Source: a bacterium
GTDB taxonomy: Bacteria > UBA10199 > 2-02-FULL-44-16 > JAAZCA01
Length of the DNA: 64,000 nt
Direction: 5' to 3'
Assembly: GCA_963674695.2 (NCBI GenBank)
Contig: CAXXGI010000003.1
Location: 256,001-320,000, forward strand
In this document: positions 17,651 through 26,514 of the stretch, piece after piece
How the letters are laid out: each line of letters starts with the position of its first letter
Position numbering within the stretch: the stretch's first letter is position 1
The notes under the pieces: generated by a model
Seen by the model: the letters and a program-made list of their open reading frames with translations, nothing else
What the model was told of the DNA's origin: nothing
The model's database searches: none
Position numbers and translations under genes: made by a program

Positions 17651-19099
17651 GAAGAACGGCTTCCACTTTTCCTCCGGCGGTTTCTTGCCCAACAACGATA
17701 CCACAATGAGCAGGAGGGCGGCCAGCCCAAAGGCGGGGATGATGATGTATTCGGCCAGCTCCTCGTGCGGGATGCCGAAGCGGAGGTTGAAGAAGGCCTG
17801 CACCGAAGTCAGGCCGAAGACGATGTTCGTGCCGATCGTGCCGACGATGCCGCCCAGGATCGATGCCAGCCCCCCGGCGGTGGTGACGCGTTTCCAGAAG
17901 AAGGCGGCCAGGATCGCCGGGGTGAGCCCCGCGCCGATCATCGTGTAGGCGGCCAGCGCCATGGAGAGCACGTTGCGAAAGCGCGTGAGCAGGATGTAGG
18001 CCAGAAGCCCCAGGCAGACGATGGAGAGTCGGTTGACGATGACGATCGCGCGCTGCGAGAGCGTCTTGCCGAAGAAGCGCTGGATGATGTCGTGCGTGAT
18101 ATTGGTGGCCGGTGCGAGCAGGAAGGAGTTGGCCGTCGAGAAGACGATGGCCATGCCGGCGGTCAAGAGGATGAGCCCCGCCCAGGTGGGAAGCCCATGG
18201 CGCGCGATGTCGAGGATGACGCGTTCAGCGTGTCCTTCGGCACCGAGCTGTGGAAACTTCACGCGCCCGAGGATGGCCAGCGTGACGATCAAAAAATCGA
18301 CCACGACGATGCCGATGATCCAGCCGATCACCGAGCGGCGCGCGGTCTTCTCATCCTTGGCCGAGAAGAACTTCTGGTACATCGAGGGTTCGCCCAGGAG
18401 CAGGAAGAAGACCGGAAAGAAGACGGCGATCGCCCAGATGAAATTGCGCCCGCCGAAGACAGAGAAATATCCGTCGGGGAGGGCAGCGACCACGGCCGTC
18501 GGTCCACCCAGGTCCATCAACAGGATCGGCACGGCGATCACGATGCCGACGAGGATGAGGATCCCGTTGAGCAGATCGAGCGAGACGATCGACTTCATGC
18601 CGGCAAGTGCGGTGACGAGCACCACCATGGCGGCCATGAGGATCACGCCGGTATCGCTGGGAATGCCGGCGGTCAGCTCCAGGACGTAGGCGCCGCCTTT
18701 GAACTGATAGCCGACGATCGTCGTGCATCCGATGATCAGCGCGATCGATCCGAACAGGCGCGCGGCGCTGTTGTAGCGTTTCTCCAGGATATCGGGCAGC
18801 GTGTATTCCCCGATGTGCCGCACGCGGCCAGCGAGCTTATAGATGAGGAGAATAGCGGCCCAGGCGCCGACGGCCATCCAGAGCTCCGAGTACCCCTGCC
18901 GATAGGCCAAAGAGGCCCCACCGATGAGGCTCCCCGCGCCCGTCCAGGTGGCCACGAGCGTGGTTATCATCATGAAGGTGGAGACGCTGCGTCCGCCCAC
19001 CATGAAGTCCTTCTGGTCGCGCACGCGCAGCGAGCGATAGATGCCAATGCCGGCGATGACGACGAGATACAGGATGATGATGCCGAGATAGATGTTCAT
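17636..19099 (-). CDS. sodium:solute symporter family protein
   Basis: DFMVGGRS, ATWTGAGSLIG, YTLPDILEKRY and MYQKFFSAKDEKTARR; many TM segments. Confidence 0.92.
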   Translation of the reverse strand: MNIYLGIIILYLVVIAGIGIYRSLRVRDQKDFMVGGRSVSTFMMITTLVATWTGAGSLIGGASLAYRQGYSELWMAVGAWAAILLIYKLAGRVRHIGEYTLPDILEKRYNSAARLFGSIALIIGCTTIVGYQFKGGAYVLELTAGIPSDTGVILMAAMVVLVTALAGMKSIVSLDLLNGILILVGIVIAVPILLMDLGGPTAVVAALPDGYFSVFGGRNFIWAIAVFFPVFFLLLGEPSMYQKFFSAKDEKTARRSVIGWIIGIVVVDFLIVTLAILGRVKFPQLGAEGHAERVILDIARHGLPTWAGLILLTAGMAIVFSTANSFLLAPATNITHDIIQRFFGKTLSQRAIVIVNRLSIVCLGLLAYILLTRFRNVLSMALAAYTMIGAGLTPAILAAFFWKRVTTAGGLASILGGIVGTIGTNIVFGLTSVQAFFNLRFGIPHEELAEYIIIPAFGLAALLLIVVSLLGKKPPEEKWKPFFEMKN

Positions 19100-19140
19100 G
19101 AAACGCTCCTTGCGATAGTGTCATCCCTGAATTCTTTGCT

Positions 19141-19392
19141 GCCATCCCCGCGAAGGCGGGGATCTCGATGTGCCGTGAGAGTCGAGGGATCTCCTGTTTT
19201 TGTCATCCCCGCGCAGGCGGGGATCTCGATGTGCCGTGAGAGTCGAGGGATCTCCTGTTTTTGTCATCCCCGCGCAGGCGGGGATCTCGATGTGCCGTGA
19301 GAGTCGAGGGATCTCCTGTTTTTGTCATCCCCGCGAAGGCGGGGATCTCGGTGTGCCGTGAGAGTCGAGATTCCCGCCTTCGCGGGAATGAC
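19141..19392. repeat. 4 x 61-bp tandem REP units closed by an inverted REP (BIME-like)
   Basis: Units start at 19141, 19202, 19263 and 19324 (GTCATCCCCGCGCAGGCGGGGATCTCGATGTGCCGTGAGAGTCGAG...); ends with GATTCCCGCCTTCGCGGGAATGAC. Confidence 0.93.
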
Positions 19393-19432
19393 AGCTTTTA
19401 AGAAATGATCGCGGTCTCTCTATGCGATCTGC

Positions 19433-20107
19433 TCACGGCGTATCCGGTTGAGGTGTTTTCGTGAGTGGCAGGACGTTGTCCCGATCAGCGTGATCTTCCC
19501 CCACGACCGTGAAGAGCGGCTCCTCTTTCTGCGCCGCCAGATCCCCCTCATAGCAGGCACGGCAACGCGCCTCGTATTTCTCGGTGGCGCCCAGGGCCAC
19601 GCGGGTTGTCTCCGGCGAGAGCCGCTGTGACTTGCTGGCCCAGCCGCCGCAGGTCGTGCAGACCGCCTTGAGCTTGAGGATCGACTCGGCCAGCGCCAGC
19701 AGCTGCGGCATCGGGCCGAAGGGTTCGCCGCGATAGTCCTGATCGAGCCCCGCCACGATGACGCGCAGCCCCCGGTTGGCGATCTTTTCGCAGACCTGTA
19801 CGATCGCGTCGTCGAAGAACTGCGCCTCGTCGATGCCGACCACGCGGGTCGAGTCGTCCATCATCTCGAGGATCTGTTCCGCGCGGGTGATCGGCGTGCA
19901 GGTGAACTTCTGGTCGTTGTGTGAGACGATGTGGCGCTGGGCATAGCGCGTGTCGACGGCGGGCTTGAAGATCTCGACGCGCTGGCGGGCGATGCGCGCC
20001 AGGCGCAGACGCCGGATGAGTTCCTCGGTCTTGCCCGAAAACATCGGTCCGCAGACGACCTCGATCCAACCGGTGGGCTTGCCGTGATGGCCGTGATGAA
20101 CATGCAT
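19433..20107 (-). CDS. tdk: thymidine kinase (type II)
   Basis: GPMFSGKTEEL, GIDEAQFF, VAGLDQDYRGEPFG, CxxC and YEARCRAC. Confidence 0.96.
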   Translation of the reverse strand: MHVHHGHHGKPTGWIEVVCGPMFSGKTEELIRRLRLARIARQRVEIFKPAVDTRYAQRHIVSHNDQKFTCTPITRAEQILEMMDDSTRVVGIDEAQFFDDAIVQVCEKIANRGLRVIVAGLDQDYRGEPFGPMPQLLALAESILKLKAVCTTCGGWASKSQRLSPETTRVALGATEKYEARCRACYEGDLAAQKEEPLFTVVGEDHADRDNVLPLTKTPQPDTP

Positions 20108-20176
20108 GGCGTCATTCCCCCTCGAAGCAGTTGCCGCCCGTTGCATCACGAATGCTCCCGAAAATCAATTCCTCTT

Positions 20177-20417
20177 GTCATCCCCGCATGGTGTCAGCGG
20201 GCCTACGCCGCGCCGAAGCGGCTCCGGCCGCGCAGGCGGCTGTGCCCGCCGGTTTTGTGGCGGGGGATCCAGCCTTGGCAGTGTCATCCCCGCTTGCCCA
20301 CCCGCCTGTCATCCCCGAGGGGGTCATCGGCCTGCCCGCCGATGCTTGGTGGCGGGGGATCCAGCCTCACTTGCTGTTATCCCCTGGTTTTGTCATCCCC
20401 GTGAAAACGGGGATCTC
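20177..20417. repeat. cluster of REP-like GTCATCCCC palindromes with nested inserts
   Basis: Several GTCATCCCC(G) starts; inserts GCCTACGCCGCGCCGAAGCGGCTCCGGCCGCGCAGGC and TGCCCGCC...GTGGCGGG. Confidence 0.75.
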
Positions 20418-20435
20418 GCTTTACCGAAATGCGGC

Positions 20436-20579
20436 AGATTGCTGACAAAGTCTTCTCGTGCTGTCATTCTTGTCAAACTAAAGATTGTCATTCCCGCGCA
20501 GGCGGGAATCTCGCTTTTAACGGCACACCGAGATCCCCGCTTTCGCGAGGATGACAAGGCATGGGTTTGTCATCAATCT
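20436..20579. mobile_element. MITE copy 1 (TIR AGATTGCTGACAAA / TTTGTCATCAATCT) carrying a REP doublet
   Basis: Homologous over its length to 28953-29121. Confidence 0.8.
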
Positions 20580-20672
20580 CGGCTGTTTTCATTTGTGAAC
20601 GGTTTTTTACTCTCCAGAGCAACCTTGCACCCCTCCGGTGCCGATAAGAAAGGCGGGGGCAAGGAGTCTTTC

Positions 20673-22229
20673 ATGAATCGAATCCCTCTCATTCTCATGT
20701 TGTTCGTCACGATTGCCATCGGCGTTGCTCTGGTCGGGTGCAGCGGAACCGGTGTTCCCGCAGAGAACCCGTTTGTGGCTGCGCCCGACCTGCCGGACGC
20801 AGATGTGCCGAAGCCTGATATCCCTCAAGCCGAAGATGGAGACGAGCAGCCAATGTGTGCCGAGGGAGAGCTCTTCCATCTCGGTGCATGTGTGGATGGA
20901 AATACGGTCATCTCCGTTCCGGATCCGGGCCTGCGTGCGTGCATGCACGTCGCCCTCGGAACCTCCGAAGAGGTCCCCATCACGATTGCAGAGGCCAGGA
21001 GCGTAACAGCGATTTCCACGAGTAGCTATTATAAACCCAGTAACGATTCTGAAGAGATTGCGGATCTCACCGGCATCGAGCACTTCACGAACCTCACGCA
21101 GCTTTGGATCAAGGACGGAACGATTGACGATATCAGTGCCCTCAGGGGGTTGGTGCATCTGGATGCGCTTGTTCTTTATCGCAACCAGATCACCGACATC
21201 AGCCCCCTCGAAAACCTGAGGGAGCTGCGGTTTCTTATTCTCAGTGAGAACCAGATCTCCGATATTCGCCCCCTCACAAATTTGAGCAATCTTGAGGCCC
21301 TTTCGCTCTCTTCAAATATGATCAGCGATGTCGGGGCGCTCTCGTCGATGACGAATCTATGCATACTCGATCTATCGGAGAACAGCTCTGATTTTGAATT
21401 GGAAACGCTTCAGACGCTCAGGGTGCTCTCTGATGCCGGCGCCTTTCGGCGGTCAGCTTTTCTTGATGGAGGATACATTGGGTACGGGATAGATCTCAGC
21501 GGTTCTGTGGATCTGGATGATCCGGATGTCATCGCCTTCGTCGAAGAACTGCGGAGCCAGGGTGTCGATGTGAAGATTGATGAGAGGCCTCAACCCTCCG
21601 ATGGTACTGTCAATAAATATAAGGAGACAGTTGTGAACATCCCCGATCCCGTCTTAAGAATGCGAATCAAGGAGGCCCTCAGCATCAATCCCGACGATTC
21701 TATCCTATCGACACACGCAAAAACACTGACCAGCCTTGACGCCCGAGGTTGCGGGAGTGATGTGAGGTGCGACACCGATGATGATGAAGAGAAGATCCAG
21801 AGTATTGCAGGCCTGGCCTCCTTCACCAACCTCGAATCGCTCAATCTCGGATGCAACCAGATCAGTGATATCAGCGATCTCGAGGGGATGGAGAATCTGA
21901 CGTGGATCAGCCTCTCTTACAACCAGATCAGCGATATCAGCGCACTCGAGGGAATGGGGGATCTGGAGGCTCTTTATCTTTCCGGTAATCAAATCCGCAA
22001 CATATCGCCGTTGAAGCGGATGGGTCATGTCAACTACCTTACGTTGGTTTCAAATCCGCTGGGGGATATCATGGCGTTGCGTCGGATGTACGAGGCGGGG
22101 TCGTTTGCCGAGGATTCGCGTGTGAGCGATTATAATATCCAGATCTCGGTGTCGGACTTATGGCCTCGACAAAATTTCATCACTCTGAACTATCTGGAAT
22201 CTAGGGATGTCGAGATTGAGAGATATTGA
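20673..22229 (+). CDS. internalin-like leucine-rich-repeat lipoprotein (two LRR blocks)
   Basis: Lipobox 'ALVGC'; two cap motifs (VPDPGLRAC, IPDPVLRMR); repeats LxLxxNQIxDIxPL. Confidence 0.9.
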   Translation: MNRIPLILMLFVTIAIGVALVGCSGTGVPAENPFVAAPDLPDADVPKPDIPQAEDGDEQPMCAEGELFHLGACVDGNTVISVPDPGLRACMHVALGTSEEVPITIAEARSVTAISTSSYYKPSNDSEEIADLTGIEHFTNLTQLWIKDGTIDDISALRGLVHLDALVLYRNQITDISPLENLRELRFLILSENQISDIRPLTNLSNLEALSLSSNMISDVGALSSMTNLCILDLSENSSDFELETLQTLRVLSDAGAFRRSAFLDGGYIGYGIDLSGSVDLDDPDVIAFVEELRSQGVDVKIDERPQPSDGTVNKYKETVVNIPDPVLRMRIKEALSINPDDSILSTHAKTLTSLDARGCGSDVRCDTDDDEEKIQSIAGLASFTNLESLNLGCNQISDISDLEGMENLTWISLSYNQISDISALEGMGDLEALYLSGNQIRNISPLKRMGHVNYLTLVSNPLGDIMALRRMYEAGSFAEDSRVSDYNIQISVSDLWPRQNFITLNYLESRDVEIERY

Positions 22230-22283
22230 GAGAAGACGCTGACACATCATCCATCCCTCCCCATCCCCCCGCACACCCCGCCC

Positions 22284-22375
22284 GTCATCCCCGAGGGGGT
22301 AATCGGGCTTGCTGTCATCCCCCGGTTTTGTCATTCCCGCGAAGGCGGGAATCTCGATTTTCCCTGTCATCCCCA
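22284..22375. repeat. REP-like cluster
   Basis: GTCATCCCCGAGGGGG, GTCATTCCCGCGAAGGCGGGAATCTC and GTCATCCCC. Confidence 0.75.
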
Positions 22376-22440
22376 CATTGACAAGTGAACGCCCCCGACC
22401 GTAGGGTTTGTTCATCAAACCCCTATGAAGGTGCCCCCTC

Positions 22441-23061
22441 ATGAATAACGACAAATCCCGTTTCATGGTCGCATTCGAAGATTTCAAAATCCGTCGCGTT
22501 TATGATGAGCCGTCGGAGACCTGGTTCTTTTCGGTGGTCGACATCATCCAGGCGCTCATTCAACAACCGGACTACCAGGCAGCGCGAAATTACTGGAAAG
22601 TCCTTAAAAATCGACTCAAGACAGAGGGGAGTGAAGTGGTTACACATTGTAACCGGTTGAAAATGTTGGCTCAAGACGGCAAGTTACGCCAGACCGACGC
22701 CGCTGATCCTGAAACCCTCCTCCGGCTCATCCAATCCGTCCCCAGTCCCAAGGCTGAACCCATCAAGCTCTGGCTTGCCAAGGTGGGGTATGAACGCATG
22801 CAGGAGATGGCCGATCCCTCTCGTTCTCTCGATCGTGCTCGCGAGACCTGGAAGAAGTATGGTCGCAGTACAAAATGGATTCAGCAGCGCATGATGGGTC
22901 AGGAGACCCGCAATAAATTGACCGATTACTGGAGCGTGCACGACATCAAAGAGGGGGAGGAGTATGCCATTCTCACCAACATCATCCACCAGGAATGGGC
23001 CGGCGTTTCGGTGAAAGAGCAACAAAAGTGTAAAGGGCCTCAAGACGCAAAATCTTCGTGA
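22441..23061 (+). pseudogene. BRO-N-domain (antirepressor-like) gene, frameshifted and apparently truncated
   Basis: IRRVYDE..WFFSVVDII, RNYWKVLKNRL and LRLIQSVPSPKAEPIKLWLA. After ...SVKE the family-like sequence KSVKGLKTQNLRDHMS continues in another frame (extra base near 23021). Confidence 0.7.
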
Positions 23062-23296
23062 CCACATGTCTGCAAAAAAAGCGTCAGACGAAGCAGAATT
23101 GGAAGTGCGAGGGGGCGAGGGGCTCAATGTGTCTCATAATAAGCTCGGTGCGGAGATGGGGTGTTTGTTCTGCTCGATTGTGACTCGATTTGAGGCACGA
23201 ATGCGCTGGTCGTTTGCGTGATATCGAAACGGGGGTGTGCTCCACGCACACCCCTGCCTTGGTTTGAAACAACTATGATGAGAAATGCGATTTTGT

Positions 23297-24022
23297 TTAT
23301 TCTGAGGTGACAGCGAGCGGAGTGTCAGGCGGCGGTCCCGTGATGCGCGAGGCCATATGGTTGGTTACCCTGCGTCCCATACGCTGACAGAGCTCTCGAT
23401 ACTGGGCCAATACCCAATCCGGATCGCCGATGAAGGGCGTGTTCGAGATGTTCATCCGTTTGCGCTGAAACATCATCGCCTCGACGATGCCCCGATATTC
23501 GCATTGTCGTTCAATCGGTGTCCGGCCCAAGGCGAGATACGATGGTGACGGTGTGAGCAGCCGATCGGGCCTGCCGTATGCATAATACTGATATGATGAC
23601 CACTCGTTCTTCTTTGGATGCGGGACTTTTCCCGCCCGATGGGGGTTGAGATCGACATAGGCCATGGCCTTGAGCATGTGCTCGTCTGACTCGATGCGAG
23701 GGGATTTGAAGCGATCCATGACCACCTGTCCGCGCCGACCCAGGCGCTTGTTGACCTTTCGGGCAAACTGGCTGTGGACGGTCTGAAAGAGGCGGGAGAA
23801 CTGCTCTCGATCGCTCAGCGTTCCGATCAGATGCGGATGGTTGTCCATGAAGCTGTAGGCGTGGAAGATGACGCCATACTTGTCCTTATACTTCACCAAG
23901 AGGTCATAGTAGATCCGCTTGGCCCAATCCCACTTCAGGAGCCAGTCCTTGTTGTGACACTGCCACGTCACGTGGAAGGAAACACCGTCATACACGATTT
24001 CGCGTCGGGGGAGGTAGGCCAT
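23297..24022 (-). CDS. HUH Y1 tyrosine transposase/nuclease (RAYT / IS200-like)
   Basis: FHVTWQCHN, HUH-like motif MDNHPHL, DRFKS, catalytic-Tyr region YVDLNPHRAG and WSSY. Confidence 0.88.
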   Translation of the reverse strand: MAYLPRREIVYDGVSFHVTWQCHNKDWLLKWDWAKRIYYDLLVKYKDKYGVIFHAYSFMDNHPHLIGTLSDREQFSRLFQTVHSQFARKVNKRLGRRGQVVMDRFKSPRIESDEHMLKAMAYVDLNPHRAGKVPHPKKNEWSSYQYYAYGRPDRLLTPSPSYLALGRTPIERQCEYRGIVEAMMFQRKRMNISNTPFIGDPDWVLAQYRELCQRMGRRVTNHMASRITGPPPDTPLAVTSE

Positions 24023-24035
24023 GCCCCTTCCCAAA

Positions 24036-24127
24036 GCAAGCGGCGTGCCAGGAACGGACCACGGAAAAACAGATACTTAGGTGAGGACTGCCGCCGCCAT
24101 TTGCAGCAGCTGCAGCAAATGGCGGCA
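24036..24127 (-). promoter_or_regulatory. sigma54 promoter + IHF-like site + 36-bp palindrome upstream of HUH nuclease
   Basis: Minus strand TGGCACGCCGCTTGC (24050-24036); AAACAGATACTTA at 24067-24079; palindrome at 24092-24127 (34/36 identical to the comM copy). Confidence 0.8.
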
Positions 24128-24296
24128 CTGCTTCGTCTGACGTGTCCCAACTGATATTTCAAAAAAGCGGCCGGATATCGGTTTGATATTACAGGCCAAT
24201 TTCTAAATGGCGAACTTGGGCACCGTGTTGCGCAACATGAAACTGTCACCTGCCGATAACAACAGAGAGAACACAGGACATCTCCGGAGGTTGGAT

Positions 24297-25298
24297 ATGA
24301 AGACAACGCGCACGAAGATAACGATTCTGGCAACGATTCTGCTGCTCGCTCTCACCGCCTGTTCCGGCATGGCCGGGAGTGGTGGCAACGATCCCGAGAA
24401 CTGTGTGGGCGATGCGTGCGACATCAATCTGAATGAGGGTTGCACAATCGGTGAGATCGATCCGGACGACCCGCTCTGTTTCTGCCTCGAAGGGCGCGAT
24501 GGCAACGGCGCCTGGGATTGTACCGATCCCGAATCCGTCGACGTTGACGGCGACGCCGACGGCGATGGAGTCGCCGACGATGAGGATAACTGTCTCGCTT
24601 TTGCCAACCCGGATCAGAAGGATATCGATTTAGACGGCGTGGGTGACCTCTGTGATGTCTGCCCCGCGGGCAGGTACGACAACGACGACTTTGAACCGAT
24701 CATGAACGAAAGCGGATATCCGAACGTGAGTGCGGTTCAAGGCAGGTTCGCTGATGATGGATCGTTCACGACCAACCTGGCAGCTTATGTGAGCCCCAAC
24801 GCCGTTGACTCCTCGATGGAGACCTCTATTGAACTGACACCGGTTTTAAGACGCGTCGATGGCCGTTTCACCCCCGTTGGAAATGATGTGAAATTATACT
24901 TCTCTGCACCGATCGGCCATACATTCCGCGACCGGTTGCGCGAAGTATTCGCCGCACAAGCTCTTTCAGTCGGCACAAACAAATCAACACCGGTCGAACC
25001 GAACGCACCCACAATGGCAACGCCGGTTCTCCTTCTCGTCGAAGATGTCTATGTCTATGCGAAGCGAAGCTCTGTTGATGGGCATTACACGTATAGTCTC
25101 CACATGACCGCCCCCAGCACCGACTCCGTCACCATCATCACCGACGGCTGTGCGGAACTCAAAAACCGCTGTGTCCCTGGTGCGCGGTTTTCGCTGAGTG
25201 ATTCCAACAACTACGGCTCAGGACTTGCTTGCCACTGTGAGGCCGATGGAACGGGCGACGGTCAATGGGAGTGTAGCATGGCAATCCCTGAGTTCTAG
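24297..25298 (+). CDS. Cys-rich lipoprotein with thrombospondin type-3-like Ca-binding repeat
   Basis: Lipobox 'ALTAC'; DADGDGVADDEDNC...NPDQKDIDLDGVGDLCD; repeated CxC...G.GxWxC module at both ends. Confidence 0.8.
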   Translation: MKTTRTKITILATILLLALTACSGMAGSGGNDPENCVGDACDINLNEGCTIGEIDPDDPLCFCLEGRDGNGAWDCTDPESVDVDGDADGDGVADDEDNCLAFANPDQKDIDLDGVGDLCDVCPAGRYDNDDFEPIMNESGYPNVSAVQGRFADDGSFTTNLAAYVSPNAVDSSMETSIELTPVLRRVDGRFTPVGNDVKLYFSAPIGHTFRDRLREVFAAQALSVGTNKSTPVEPNAPTMATPVLLLVEDVYVYAKRSSVDGHYTYSLHMTAPSTDSVTIITDGCAELKNRCVPGARFSLSDSNNYGSGLACHCEADGTGDGQWECSMAIPEF

Positions 25299-25365
25299 TG
25301 CCCCGAAAGATACCCTCCCGGACGAGGGCTCACGATCACGCGACGAGTTCGACTCGTGGTGCATG

Positions 25366-26340
25366 TCATGATCCGACATCGACCCGATACCGTCCGTCCG
25401 GTTCCACCTCGATGATGATGTCTCCGTTGGCGATGATCGGTTCCTCGCGCGCCGTGAACCCGGCCTCGGTCTGATAGACCACGATCCCCGCCTCGACGAG
25501 TCGATCGACGACGTCCTCGTGCGGATGATTGAAGTCGTTGTCGTCGCCCACGGAGATGATGGCGACCTCCGGGGTGGTGGCATCGAGAAAGGCCGCGTTC
25601 GTGCTCGTGCGGCTGCCGTGATGGGCGACGCGCAGGATGTCGATGTCTCCGACAAGATTGCCGAGCGGTGTCTCGACATCCGGCGTTTCATGCGGCGGGT
25701 TCCCGCCGCCGCCGGTGATGTCGCCGCCGAGGAACATGCGGAAGGCGCCGTATTCGATTACGAGCGCGATGCTCGCGGCGTTCTCATCGATGGGATCGCC
25801 GAGGTCGATGACTTCTCCATCGCTGAGGATGCCACTCGATGCCACCACCGATAGGTGAGCACCCCCAAGACGCAGCTCGTCGCCGGCAGCAAGGGTTCGT
25901 CGCAGACCATCTGTTGCAGCTTCGTACGCCGGATAGAGCGCGCCTTCGCTTCCCTCTGGTTCACCTCGATCATAGATCCCTCCAACGGTGATGCGATCGT
26001 CGGCGACGATCTCGATGAGGCCGCCGATGTGGTCGCTGTGGTAGTGCGTGGCGATGATGCCGGTGAGCTGGGTGATGCCCTGTGTGGCGAGATACGGGGC
26101 GATGACGCCTGCGCCCATGCCCGGATCCCCGCCATCGATGAGGAGCACCTCGCCCGTCGGTGCGACGACGAGCGTGGCGTCCCCCTGACCGACGTCGAGG
26201 CAGGCGATGCGAAGAGGGCCTTCGTTGTTTGCGGTCTCATCGGCGACGGGCGTGCGGGAGGAAGCGAAGCGATCGAGTCCGGGGGGACTCCCGCAGCCGC
26301 AGAGCGCGCAACAGATGATGATAATGCCGAGGCGTCTCAT
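25366..26340 (-). CDS. ComEC/Rec2-like metallo-beta-lactamase-fold hydrolase, probable lipoprotein
   Basis: LDVGQGDA, LIDGG, THYHSDHIGG, ENAASI, LGGD, VAHHGS, AIISVG..N.FNHPH; N-terminal lipobox-like 'ALCGCG'; no ComEC membrane domain. Confidence 0.9.
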   Translation of the reverse strand: MRRLGIIIICCALCGCGSPPGLDRFASSRTPVADETANNEGPLRIACLDVGQGDATLVVAPTGEVLLIDGGDPGMGAGVIAPYLATQGITQLTGIIATHYHSDHIGGLIEIVADDRITVGGIYDRGEPEGSEGALYPAYEAATDGLRRTLAAGDELRLGGAHLSVVASSGILSDGEVIDLGDPIDENAASIALVIEYGAFRMFLGGDITGGGGNPPHETPDVETPLGNLVGDIDILRVAHHGSRTSTNAAFLDATTPEVAIISVGDDNDFNHPHEDVVDRLVEAGIVVYQTEAGFTAREEPIIANGDIIIEVEPDGRYRVDVGS

Positions 26341-26353
26341 GCGGTGAGAGAAA

Positions 26354-26500
26354 GCAATCGACGTGCCAGTTTGAGCCCTTCAGGAAACAGGGGGTTAGGC
26401 TATGCAGCTGCCGCCATTTGCAGCAGCTGCATCAAATGGCGGCAGTGCGGTTTGCGTAAGTGCTTGAATTGCAGGGGGCGCCTTTTGGCACGCGGCTTGC
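26354..26500. promoter_or_regulatory. divergent pair of sigma54 promoters, each with an IHF-like site, sharing one 36-bp palindrome
   Basis: Minus TGGCACGTCGATTGC (26368-26354); plus TGGCACGCGGCTTGC (26486-26500); IHF-like AAACAGGGGGTTA (26385-26397) and TAAGTGCTTGAAT (26457-26469); palindrome at 26409-26444 identical to the comM copy. Confidence 0.85.
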
Positions 26501-26514
26501 TCTCTGCAGAGCGC

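Noticed and set aside
19141-19392. Possible CRISPR array
   Set aside because: The 'spacers' are identical, the units are REP palindromes, and there are no cas genes in the window.
20106-20672. N-terminal 189 aa of the 707-aa ORF
   Set aside because: It is translated REP/MITE sequence; the real start is the lipoprotein signal at 20673.
22441-24022. Prophage remnant suggested by BRO-N and ORF6N genes
   Set aside because: No integrase, structural or replication genes; these domains commonly occur as solitary genes.
24218-24232. GGGCAC-CGTGT-TGC as a fifth member of the palindrome regulon
   Set aside because: It is about twice the conserved distance from the palindrome, has no IHF-like box at the 30-bp position and overlaps the sigma28-like motif; left unassigned.
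25855-26514. N-terminal half of the 441-aa ORF
   Set aside because: Overlaps the MBL gene antisense and the promoter region; the start fits ATG 26515.
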